Origin: Clostridia bacterium
GTDB lineage: Bacteria > Bacillota > Clostridia > Oscillospirales > CAG-272
Assembly: GCA_900770145.1 (NCBI GenBank)
Contig: CAAGJL010000030.1
Location: 1 to 48,818, forward strand
Direction of reading: 5' to 3'
Length of the DNA stretch: 48,818 bases
This document shows positions 41,535-48,818 of this stretch, in pieces; position 1 is the stretch's first letter; each line of letters opens with the position of its first letter. The notes beneath the pieces are model-generated. The model saw only the letters and a list, made by a program, of their open reading frames with translations, did no database searches and was not told the DNA's origin. Position numbers and translations under genes: made by a program.

Positions 41535-42191
41535 ATGCCCAATCTTACAGAATTCGGAACAAGAATCAAGCAGAAACGGCTTGAACTCAATATGACGCAG
41601 GATGAACTGGCGCGAAAGGTCGGATATACATCCCGGTCAAGTATCAATAAAATAGAACTCGGATTTGTGGATCTTCCACAATCCAAAATTGCCGCAATCG
41701 CCAACGCGCTCGGCACCACGCCCGCATATCTGATGGGGTGGGATTCCGAAAAGAATACCGCCACCTCCCCCTTCGTCGGGTTTTCCAACATCTCCCCCGT
41801 TTCCACCCAGCGCATCCCGATGCTCGGCGAGATTGCCTGCGGCCAGCCGCTCCTGTGCAATGAAGACCACGAAAGTTATATTGAAACCAACTCCGCCATC
41901 AAAGCGGATTTCTGCCTGAGATGCAAGGGTGACAGTATGACCGGGGCAAGAATTTATGACGGAGACATCGTTTTCGTTCACCAGCAGGAAATTGTGGAGA
42001 ACGGGCAGATTGCCGCCGTTGCAATCGGCAACGAAGCCACGCTGAAAAGAGTGTTCTATTACCCGGAAAAAGCAAAGCTGGTGTTGCAAGCCGAAAACCC
42101 GAAATATGAGCCCCTCGTTTTTGTCAACGAGGAGCTCAACGAGGTCCATATCCTCGGCCTTGCCATCATGTTTCAAAGTACCGTAAGATAA
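41535..42191 (+). CDS. cI/LexA-like repressor (XRE HTH + S24 peptidase domain)
   Basis: 218 aa. HTH LNMTQDELARKVGYTSRSSINKIELG. S24 signature CKGDSMTGARIYDGDIVFV (Ser) and ATLKRV (Lys). Confidence 0.9.
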   Translation: MPNLTEFGTRIKQKRLELNMTQDELARKVGYTSRSSINKIELGFVDLPQSKIAAIANALGTTPAYLMGWDSEKNTATSPFVGFSNISPVSTQRIPMLGEIACGQPLLCNEDHESYIETNSAIKADFCLRCKGDSMTGARIYDGDIVFVHQQEIVENGQIAAVAIGNEATLKRVFYYPEKAKLVLQAENPKYEPLVFVNEELNEVHILGLAIMFQSTVR

Positions 42192-42216
42192 ATTTCTATA
42201 GGGAGGAATTTGACAT

Positions 42217-42972
42217 ATGAAAGAGATTTCCGAAAAAAAGAAAAAAGTCCTTTTTGTAGTGGGTGCGGTGCTGTGCTTTTCATTCTTGGTTCTATCTTTT
42301 GCGCTGATACCAACTGCGGCAGAAGAGTATTCGTGCTTTTCAATAGACCGCGAAACCCTCGCTGTTACACATATTTACTTGACCGAAGCGGTGCTTCTGC
42401 TTGCCCTTTCCGCAGTCTCGTTGATCCTTGGCATCGTTCTGTTTATCACTATGGTAATGAGATTTTCCGGCTCGACTAAAAAAGTAATCAGTGCCATTGC
42501 GTTTGCTCTGCTTTTTGTTGCCGTACTTGCGCTTTCCGCTGTGGGTACATGGAATTCCTATGACAATATGCAATATGAAATAGATCGTCAAAAGAAATAT
42601 ATAGAAGACAACACGCTCAGATACACAGAAGTATCCATCGGTGATTTCCTTGATGACGTAAATCGGTTCCCTAAAAAATACGAAGGAAAAGCAGTAACTC
42701 TTGAAGGGTGGGTTCGCGACCCCGACAGTTACTACGATAGCGAAATACCCGGATTGGAGAATGACCGCATCGAGACATTCACCCTATCTTTGGACTCCTG
42801 TTCTGTAACGGTTATCTATTATTTAAGTTCACTTGGCGCGTCCATGCCAAGAGCCTTAAAGGGTGACTATGCCGTGGTAACCGGCGAGGCGCATGTTTTT
42901 TACTCTGAAAAAACTCAAAAATATGTTGCGTATCTGGATAACTCCACCTATGAAATAAAAGACAAAAAATAA
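42217..42972 (+). CDS. membrane protein co-oriented with the repressor (candidate superinfection-exclusion / lysogenic-conversion gene)
   Basis: 251 aa with GGGAGG RBS, starting 25 nt after the repressor stop. About four N-terminal TM helices plus a soluble C-terminal domain of about 120 aa (KYEGKAVTLEGWV...GDYAVVTGEAHVF). AT-rich. Confidence 0.8.
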   Translation: MKEISEKKKKVLFVVGAVLCFSFLVLSFALIPTAAEEYSCFSIDRETLAVTHIYLTEAVLLLALSAVSLILGIVLFITMVMRFSGSTKKVISAIAFALLFVAVLALSAVGTWNSYDNMQYEIDRQKKYIEDNTLRYTEVSIGDFLDDVNRFPKKYEGKAVTLEGWVRDPDSYYDSEIPGLENDRIETFTLSLDSCSVTVIYYLSSLGASMPRALKGDYAVVTGEAHVFYSEKTQKYVAYLDNSTYEIKDKK

Positions 42973-42989
42973 CCCCTGAACGGGAACGG

Positions 42990-43211
42990 TCAGGAAGCAC
43001 CAACCACCCCGCCGCCGTTCCCGTCCTTTCTCTCGTATCTGACGCACAGTTCAATTCCCCGCGCCGCAAAGATGCGCACCAGTGCCGCAAGCAATTTTTC
43101 AATATCCGGCTCGTTCTTCCCCGATTGCGGCAAATTTATACTGCCGGAGCCGTCGCGCGCATATTCTTTATCGGTAACGGGTTCCGGGCGCTTTGCGTCG
43201 TTCAATTTCAT
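42990..43211 (-). CDS. small protein, paralog of 40937-41140 (possibly a decayed copy)
   Basis: 73 aa with a conserved AALVRIFAARGIELCVRYERKD block. GGAGGG abuts the ATG with no spacer, so translation may be poor. Confidence 0.45.
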   Translation of the reverse strand: MKLNDAKRPEPVTDKEYARDGSGSINLPQSGKNEPDIEKLLAALVRIFAARGIELCVRYERKDGNGGGVVGAS

Positions 43212-43293
43212 CCCTCCAAAAAATCAGATAAAGGCATCCGCCTTTTATTGAAAAATATGCCGGACATCACAAAAAAAGAATGGAGCCAGGACT

Positions 43294-43488
43294 ATGAAAA
43301 AACCGAAATTCCCCTTTTCCGAAATCTTTGACAGAGGCGTATATATGTACATCTCTTTCCTGTTTTTGTCCTATTACGCCGTGCAACTGATCCGGCTGGG
43401 AGAACTCAATGCGGTGGAGATCGTTTTATTTGCCGTCTTTGTGGTCTACGCAATCGTTACATTCTTTGTGACAAGCGAAAAGGAGTAA
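43294..43488 (+). CDS. small membrane protein upstream of the integrase
   Basis: 64 aa with two hydrophobic helices. Its stop is 4 nt before the integrase ATG. Confidence 0.55.
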   Translation: MKKPKFPFSEIFDRGVYMYISFLFLSYYAVQLIRLGELNAVEIVLFAVFVVYAIVTFFVTSEKE

Positions 43489-43492
43489 AAAT

Positions 43493-44812
43493 ATGAAAGA
43501 ACCGAAAACCGTCGGCGGCTATATCCGGGTGTCCACCGAAGAGCAGTCGCGGAAAGGGCTTTCGTTGGAGTCTCAAAAAGCCGATATAGAGGATTACTGC
43601 AAACGGCAGGGGTACCGGCTTGCGGGGCTGTACATCGACCGGGGCATCACTGCCCGGAAAAATTTGTATAAACGGACAGCCTTTATGGAGATGATGCAGG
43701 ACGTGAAAAGGCGGAAGATTAACCATGTCGTGGTTATCCGCCTGGATCGATTCTTCCGCAATGTGTATGACTATCACCGTATGATGCACGAGTTTCTTGA
43801 CCCCGCCGGATGTGGCTGGTCGGCAGTGAAGGAGGAGTACGACACCACTACCACCAACGGCAGACTGATGATCAACCTGCGGCTTTCCATCGCGGAACAG
43901 GAGTGCGACCAGGACTCCGACCGGATTAAGGACGTTTTCGCCAACCGCGTCCGGGAGGGATTTGTGGTAACCGGCCATACACCGATCGGGCTGAAGATTG
44001 AAAACAAACGCCTTGTACCGAATGAGGACGCAGACCTCCTGCGGGATATGTTCCAAACTTACCTGCGGCTGAACTCCGTCGGAAAAACGCTGTGCTACAT
44101 CAATGAAAAGTACGGCAGACACTACGATTACACCACAGTCAGAAGAACGCTCACCAAAAGGATTTATATCGGGGAATACCGGGACAATGCGCAATTCTGC
44201 GAGCCGCTGGTCAGCCGGGAAACATTTTTCGCCGTCGAACGGAATCTGCGGCATAACGTCAGAGTCCGGAAAAGTCATAACAACTATATGTTCTGCGGGC
44301 TCTTGCGCTGTGAGGAGTGCGGCAGAACCCTGATCGGCTGCGTCAACCGCGGGCATCTTTACTACCGCTGTAACGGCGCATATATGAACAACGCCTGCCT
44401 CCAGCGGAATTATATCCGCGAGGACGCTGTAGAAGCCTACCTCCTTGAGAACGTGGAACGCCTCGTAGAAGAATATAAATTTGAAATCGAAACCAAAGAA
44501 AAAACGGTTGCTCCAAACAAAAGCAACCGGGAAAAGATTCAGAAAAAAATCGACCGCCTGACCGACCTGTTCGTCAACGGAATGATCGGGATGGACGACT
44601 TCAGAAAACGGAAATCAGAACTCGATGCCCAACTCGAAGAAGAACCGGAGCCCGTTAAAAAAGACCTCACCGCCGTCAACGCCTTCCTCGCCAGAGGACT
44701 CCTCCCCGTGTATCACACCCTTACCCCGGAAGAAAAACAAAGCCTCTGGAGGTCCGCCGTCCAAGAAATCCGCATAAAGGACAAAGAAATCCTCTCCGTC
44801 CGTTTTTTATAA
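43493..44812 (+). CDS. large serine recombinase (phage integrase)
   Basis: 439 aa. Resolvase-type catalytic N-domain GGYIRVSTEEQ (Ser14). Recombinase domain. Zinc-ribbon CGLLRCEECG...YYRCNG. C-terminal coiled coil. Its stop is 8 nt from attR. Confidence 0.92.
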   Translation: MKEPKTVGGYIRVSTEEQSRKGLSLESQKADIEDYCKRQGYRLAGLYIDRGITARKNLYKRTAFMEMMQDVKRRKINHVVVIRLDRFFRNVYDYHRMMHEFLDPAGCGWSAVKEEYDTTTTNGRLMINLRLSIAEQECDQDSDRIKDVFANRVREGFVVTGHTPIGLKIENKRLVPNEDADLLRDMFQTYLRLNSVGKTLCYINEKYGRHYDYTTVRRTLTKRIYIGEYRDNAQFCEPLVSRETFFAVERNLRHNVRVRKSHNNYMFCGLLRCEECGRTLIGCVNRGHLYYRCNGAYMNNACLQRNYIREDAVEAYLLENVERLVEEYKFEIETKEKTVAPNKSNREKIQKKIDRLTDLFVNGMIGMDDFRKRKSELDAQLEEEPEPVKKDLTAVNAFLARGLLPVYHTLTPEEKQSLWRSAVQEIRIKDKEILSVRFL

Positions 44813-44819
44813 ACGTTGG

Positions 44820-44855
44820 TATACTAACTTTACAAACCCCGAGGGGCTGCCGATG
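44820..44855. other. attR (phage half-site TATACTAACTTTACAAACCCC, core GA at 44841-44842, host half-site GGGGCTGCCGATG)
   Basis: Shares CCCCGAGGG with attL. The outer 9-mer TATACTAAC is the inverted copy of 6043-6051. Confidence 0.8.
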
Positions 44856-46601
44856 ATGATTGCGGTGGTGCTTTCCTCCAACATCCGCCGGATGTTGCGG
44901 GATCAGGTGCTGGTGCGCAAACCCGCAGGGATCGAGGCGGCGGGCAGTATGAATATTCTGTTTACCGACAAAACGGGCACGCTCACCCGCGGGCGCCTGA
45001 CCGCCTCCTTTGTGCTGACGGCGGGCGGCACGTTCGGCAGCGTGGCGGAACTGCACAAAAAAGCGCCGGGGCTTTTCCGGCTGTTGTCCCTCTCGGCATA
45101 TGCCAATTCCGGCGCCATGCCGGGAGAGCGGGACGGCAAAGTCGCCGCGCTCGGCGGAAACGCCACCGACCGGGCGCTGCTTTCCGCCTTTCTCCCGTTC
45201 GGCACGCCGGAATATGCGGTGCGGGCGCGACTACCCTTTGACAGCGCCCGTAAATTTGCCGCCGTGCGCTTGGGGGACGGGCGAGTGTTTGTCACCGGGG
45301 CGCCCGAAAAACTGCTGCCCCACGTGCACGCCGCCAAAGACCCGGACGGGTTGCCCGGCGCTTTTTCCCGCAACGTGTTTGCGGGGCAACTGCGGGCGAG
45401 GGCGGAACGCGGCGAACGGGTAATCTTATTGTGCGAAGCCGAAAAAATGCCGGATGAGGACGGCGGAATCCCGCCCCTTTCCCTGCTGGCGGCGGTCAGT
45501 TTCTGCGACCCCGTGCGCCCGGAGGCGGCGGGCGCGGTGGCGACCCTGCGGCGCGCCGGCGTGCAGGTGGTGATGATCACCGGGGACGGGAAAGAGACCG
45601 CCACCCACATCGCCGCCGCGTGCGGAATGCTGAACACGGACTCCGTATGCCTGGACGGCGGCGAACTGGCGGCGCTTTCCGATGAGGAACTCTCGGCGCT
45701 CTTACCCCGCCTTGCGGTGGTGGCGCGCGCCTTGCCCTCCGACAAAAGCCGCCTGGTGCGCCTTGGCAGGGCGGCGGGGCTGGTGGTCGGCATGACAGGG
45801 GACGGCGTGAACGACGCGCCCGCCCTCAAAGCCGCCGACGTGGGCTTTGCCATGGGTAGCGGCACCGGCGTGGCGAAAGAGGCGGGCGATGTGGTGATTC
45901 TGGACGACAACCTTGCCTCCGTGACCCACGCGGTGCTTTACGGGCGCACCATCTTCAAAAGCATCCGCAAATTCATCACGTTACAGCTGATTATGAACTT
46001 CTGCGCCGTGGGCATTTCCGTCATCGGTCCCTTCATCGGGTTTGAATCCCCGGTCACGGTGGTGCAGATGTTGTGGATCAACCTGATTATGGATACCCTC
46101 GGCGGGCTTGCCTTTGCGGGCGAGGCGCCCATGCCGCGCTACCTGAAAGAACCGCCCAAAAAGCGAGACGAGCCGATCCTCACCCGCGGCATTGCGGGGC
46201 GCATTGCGTTTCTCTCCGCTTTCACCGTGGCGCTGTCGGTCTTTTTCTTGAAATCCCCCCTCACGGTACGCGTTTTCCGGCAGATGCCGGGGGATTTGTG
46301 CCTCCTGACCGCCTTCTTTGCGCTCTTTATTTTCGCCGGGGTCTTCAACTGTTTCAATGCGAGAAGCGACCGCGTACGCATGCTTGCCGGGATCCGCAAA
46401 AACAAGGCGTTTTTGCCGATTATGCTGGCGGTGGCGGCGGTGCAGATTGCCTTTGTGTACCTGGGCGGCACGATGTTGCGCACCACGCCCCTGACCCCGA
46501 AAGAACTCGGCGCCACGCTGTTGTTTGCCTTTTCGGTGATTCCGGCGGGCTTTTTGCAGCTGGTATGGAAAAAACTGTGCGGCAAGGGCGATCTTTACTG
46601 A
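44841..46601 (+). pseudogene. P-type (IIA, Ca2+-type) cation ATPase, C-terminal fragment
   Basis: The frame resumes EGLPMMIAVVLSS. Contains the phosphorylation motif DKTGTLT, plus VTGAPEKLL, MITGDGKETA, GDGVNDAPALKAADVGFAMG and C-terminal TM helices. There is no start context of its own other than the internal ATG 44853. Confidence 0.9.
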
Positions 46602-46610
46602 TTTTTTACC

Positions 46611-46639
46611 TTGACAAGGGGTTTTCCGGATGTTATACT
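46611..46639 (+). promoter_or_regulatory. sigma-A type promoter of the nfeD-SPFH operon
   Basis: TTGACA (46611-46616), a 17-nt spacer, then TATACT (46634-46639), 29 nt before the ATG 46669 with AAGGAGG RBS. Confidence 0.65.
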
Positions 46640-46668
46640 GAAGATAACGAAAAACAAGGAGGAGTTTT

Positions 46669-47121
46669 ATGGAGTATCTCTGGATTCTGTGGATCGCGGT
46701 GCTGGTTGCCTCTGTTGTGTTGGAAGCGGCAACGGCGGATCTGGTTGCCATCTGGTTTTTCCCGGGGGCGCTGATCGCCATGATCCTGTCTTTCTGCGGG
46801 GCGCCGGTGGCGGCGCAGTTGCCGGTGTTTCTCGGTTGCGGGCTGTTGCTGATCTTCTGCACCAGACCCTTCTGCCGGAAATTCCTCAAAGAGAAAAACG
46901 CCAAAACCAACACCGACATACTCATCGGCGGCGAGTGCCTGGTCACCGAGGAGATTGACAATCTGAAAGAGCGGGGCGAGGTCAAAATCGGCGGGTTGCG
47001 CTGGTCGGCGCGCACGGAACACGGCGAGGTCATCCCCGCAGGGGCGCTGGTCACGGTGTTGCGCATTGAGGGCGTGAAACTGATCGTAAAACCGAAAAAA
47101 GAAAAGAAAGAGGAAAATTGA
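46669..47121 (+). CDS. NfeD-family membrane protein
   Basis: 150 aa. N-terminal TM helices plus a C-terminal OB-like domain (GECLVTEEIDNLKERGEVKIGGLRWSART...VTVLRIEGVKLIV). Precedes an SPFH gene. Confidence 0.85.
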   Translation: MEYLWILWIAVLVASVVLEAATADLVAIWFFPGALIAMILSFCGAPVAAQLPVFLGCGLLLIFCTRPFCRKFLKEKNAKTNTDILIGGECLVTEEIDNLKERGEVKIGGLRWSARTEHGEVIPAGALVTVLRIEGVKLIVKPKKEKKEEN

Positions 47122-47122
47122 A

Positions 47123-48049
47123 ATGGTAGGACTTGTTGTTGCGATTTGTATTATTGCGGTCATTCTGATCATCGTTCTGGTTTCCAATATCCGCGTGGTG
47201 CCCCAGGCATACGCCTATGTGGTAGAGCGGCTCGGCTCCTATCACACCACCTGGAAGAACGGTCTGCACGTGAAAGTGCCGTTTATCGACAAACTCAATC
47301 AGCGCATCAACCTGATGGAGCAGGTGGTGGACTTTCCGCCTCAGTCGGTCATTACCAAAGACAACGTGCGCATGCAGATTGACACCGTGGTGTACTATCA
47401 GGTGACCGACTGCAAGCTTTACGCCTACGGCGTTTCCAACCCGCTGTTCGCCATCGAGACCCTGACGGCAACCACCCTGCGGAATATGATCGGCGAGCTG
47501 GATCTGGACGGCACGCTGACCTCGCGCGACACCATCAACACCAAAATGCGCGCGATTCTGGACGAGGCGACCGACGCGTGGGGGATCAAAGTCAACCGCG
47601 TGGAGCTGAAAAACATCATGCCCCCGAAAGAGATTCAGGACGCGATGGAAAAACAGATGAAAGCGGAGCGTGAGCGCCGCGAGTCGATTCTGAAAGCGGA
47701 GGGTGAAAAAAATTCCGCCATTCTGGTGGCGGAAGGGCGCAAACAGTCCGCGATTCTGGAAGCGGAAGCCGAAAAACAGGCGGCGATTCTGCGTGCCGAA
47801 GCCGAGCGCGAGGTGCGCATCCGCGAGGCGGAGGGCGAAGCCGAAGCCATCCTCAAAGTGCAGGAAGCCACTGCCGCGGGTATCCGTATGATCAACGAGG
47901 CAAAGCCCTGCAAAGAAATGCTGACGCTCAAGAGTTTTGAAGCGCTGGAAAAGGTGGCAAACGGACAGGCGACCAAGATTATCATCCCCTCCGAGTTGCA
48001 ATCCCTCGCCGGGCTTGCCGCCACCCTGACCGAAACGGTAAAACAGTAA
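47123..48049 (+). CDS. SPFH/Band 7 (stomatin/prohibitin-like) protein
   Basis: 308 aa. N-terminal TM helix, then IRVVPQAYAYVVERLGSY...ITKDNVRMQIDTVVYYQVTD and a charged E/A/K/R-rich C-terminal region typical of the family. Confidence 0.9.
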   Translation: MVGLVVAICIIAVILIIVLVSNIRVVPQAYAYVVERLGSYHTTWKNGLHVKVPFIDKLNQRINLMEQVVDFPPQSVITKDNVRMQIDTVVYYQVTDCKLYAYGVSNPLFAIETLTATTLRNMIGELDLDGTLTSRDTINTKMRAILDEATDAWGIKVNRVELKNIMPPKEIQDAMEKQMKAERERRESILKAEGEKNSAILVAEGRKQSAILEAEAEKQAAILRAEAEREVRIREAEGEAEAILKVQEATAAGIRMINEAKPCKEMLTLKSFEALEKVANGQATKIIIPSELQSLAGLAATLTETVKQ

Positions 48050-48058
48050 AAGAGAGCG

Positions 48059-48094
48059 GGCGAGGGGGGCCTTTTTCAAAAAGCCCCCCTCGCC
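48059..48094 (+). terminator. GC-rich hairpin after the SPFH gene
   Basis: GGCGAGGGGGGC (48059-48070) pairs with GCCCCCCTCGCC (48083-48094) around a 12-nt loop. No U-tract follows the stem, so terminator function is uncertain. Confidence 0.35.
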
Positions 48095-48104
48095 ACTCCC
48101 CGCA

Positions 48105-48818
48105 AAAACTTTTCGGCAGCTCTTGCCGGGCGTTGGGGTTTGATTCCATACAAGCGGCAAACAGGAGTTGCCGCAGGCAACCGCCGCCCCTACGGTGAGA
48201 AGCGTGCGCCCCCGCGATGTTCGCACAAACTAAAAAGACTCCCTCCGGGAGGGAGCTTTCAGGTGCCCACGCCTAACAAAAATCAATATTTGTAGGGGAG
48301 GGGTCTCCCCTCCCGCCTACTTGAAATCTATGCTTTGCTGACCGCAGGGCGGGGGTAAGCACCCGCCGCGTTTGTTGAGATAAAATTCCATATAAGCGGG
48401 GGCATATGGAATGCCCCTGACGGTGTTAGATTTTCGCCAAGCAAACGGTGCATTGTAACCGCCGCCCCCTGTGGCAAGAGATCACCCGCAATATTCGCAC
48501 AATCTAAAAAGGCTCCCTTGTGCAAAAGGCGCTGGCGCGCCAGCGCCTGAGGGATTGTTTTGCTTGGATTTTTCGCCCTACAGGCGGGAGGGGAAACCCC
48601 TCCCCTACGGGACTTAGGTTTTATTGGGGTAGCGGGCGACCATTGGTCGCCCCTACGGTGAGCAAGCGTGCACCCCGCGAGTTCGCACAAAATAAGAAAA
48701 GGCTCCCTTGTGCAAAGGGAGCTGGCGCGTGAGCGCCTGAGGGATTGTAAAAGCTGAAAGTTTGCAGGAAAGAAAAGAAAAAAGATAGTTTGTGTCAGGC
48801 ACAACCCCTCCGCCGCGC
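48105..48818. repeat. array of interspersed REP-like repeats (same family as 1745-2110)
   Basis: (G/A)TTCGCACAA at 48219-48228, 48493-48502 and 48681-48690. CCCCTACGGTGA-type motifs. GGCTCCCTTGTGCAAA(A)GG...GCTGGCGC(4 nt)GCGCCTGAGGGATTGT units. The last unit matches 1982-2100 through to AGATAGTTTGTGTCAGGCACAACCCCTC. The ORFs here are repeat-derived. Confidence 0.8.

Larger units (their letters stand above)
6031..44842. mobile_element. integrated prophage (38,812 bp) with serine-integrase lysogeny module
   Basis: Bounded by attL and attR. Removing this interval restores the ATPase reading frame. Contains integrase, cI/Cro switch, recombination and replication genes, TerS/TerL, portal, scaffold, capsid and fibre genes. 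Confidence 0.9.

Noticed and set aside
43228-43248. Weak hairpin ATAAAGGC-ATCC-GCCTTTTAT, considered as a terminator between the lysogeny genes and the integrase operon.
   Set aside because: The stem is only 5-6 bp with a bulge. It lies upstream of the - strand paralog ORF rather than directly after a + strand gene. Evidence is insufficient.
43457-44356. 299-aa - strand ORF overlapping the integrase gene.
   Set aside because: It is antisense to a serine recombinase gene with clear catalytic and zinc-ribbon motifs. It has no RBS and no recognisable features.

Overview
High-GC Clostridia-type sporulating Firmicute DNA. About 10 kb of host sequence is interrupted by a complete prophage of about 38.8 kb.

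Host left flank (1-6030, + strand): a colinear spoIIIAA-spoIIIAG sporulation operon. An interspersed repeat block splits it between spoIIIAB and spoIIIAC, and no spoIIIAH follows spoIIIAG. Next comes the N-terminal third of a P-type (Ca2+-type) ATPase gene.

The ATPase frame breaks inside the codons of the conserved AVPEGLP motif at 6029/6030 and resumes at 44841. Removing 6031-44842 restores it exactly.

Prophage (6031-44842): it was inserted by a large serine recombinase (43493-44812, + strand), and both att sites can be read from the sequence. It carries:
- a lysogeny module on the + strand: a cI/LexA-like repressor, a co-oriented membrane protein, a small membrane ORF and the integrase
- a divergent Cro-like early operon on the - strand, with Rad52/Sak-like annealase, YqaJ-like exonuclease, NinB-like protein, SSB, replisome organizer, loader, DUF1064 protein, Lar-like protein and a small methyltransferase
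- a - strand late region: TerS, TerL, portal, Prp protease, scaffold, major capsid, several structural proteins, one 3344-aa multi-domain giant protein, a collagen-repeat/Hint-domain fibre, and a terminal cassette of membrane proteins

I could not recognise a tail tube, sheath, classical tape measure or endolysin.

Host right flank (44843-48818): the C-terminal two thirds of the ATPase, an NfeD/SPFH (stomatin-like) gene pair with a consensus promoter, and more copies of the interspersed repeat family.

No rRNA, tRNA or CRISPR array was recognised.

Many long ORFs in the supplied track are antisense artefacts of high-GC coding DNA. Several first residues shown as M in the track are GTG or TTG codons. 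All functional calls come from reading motifs by eye, with no database searches, so they need HMM and structure confirmation.
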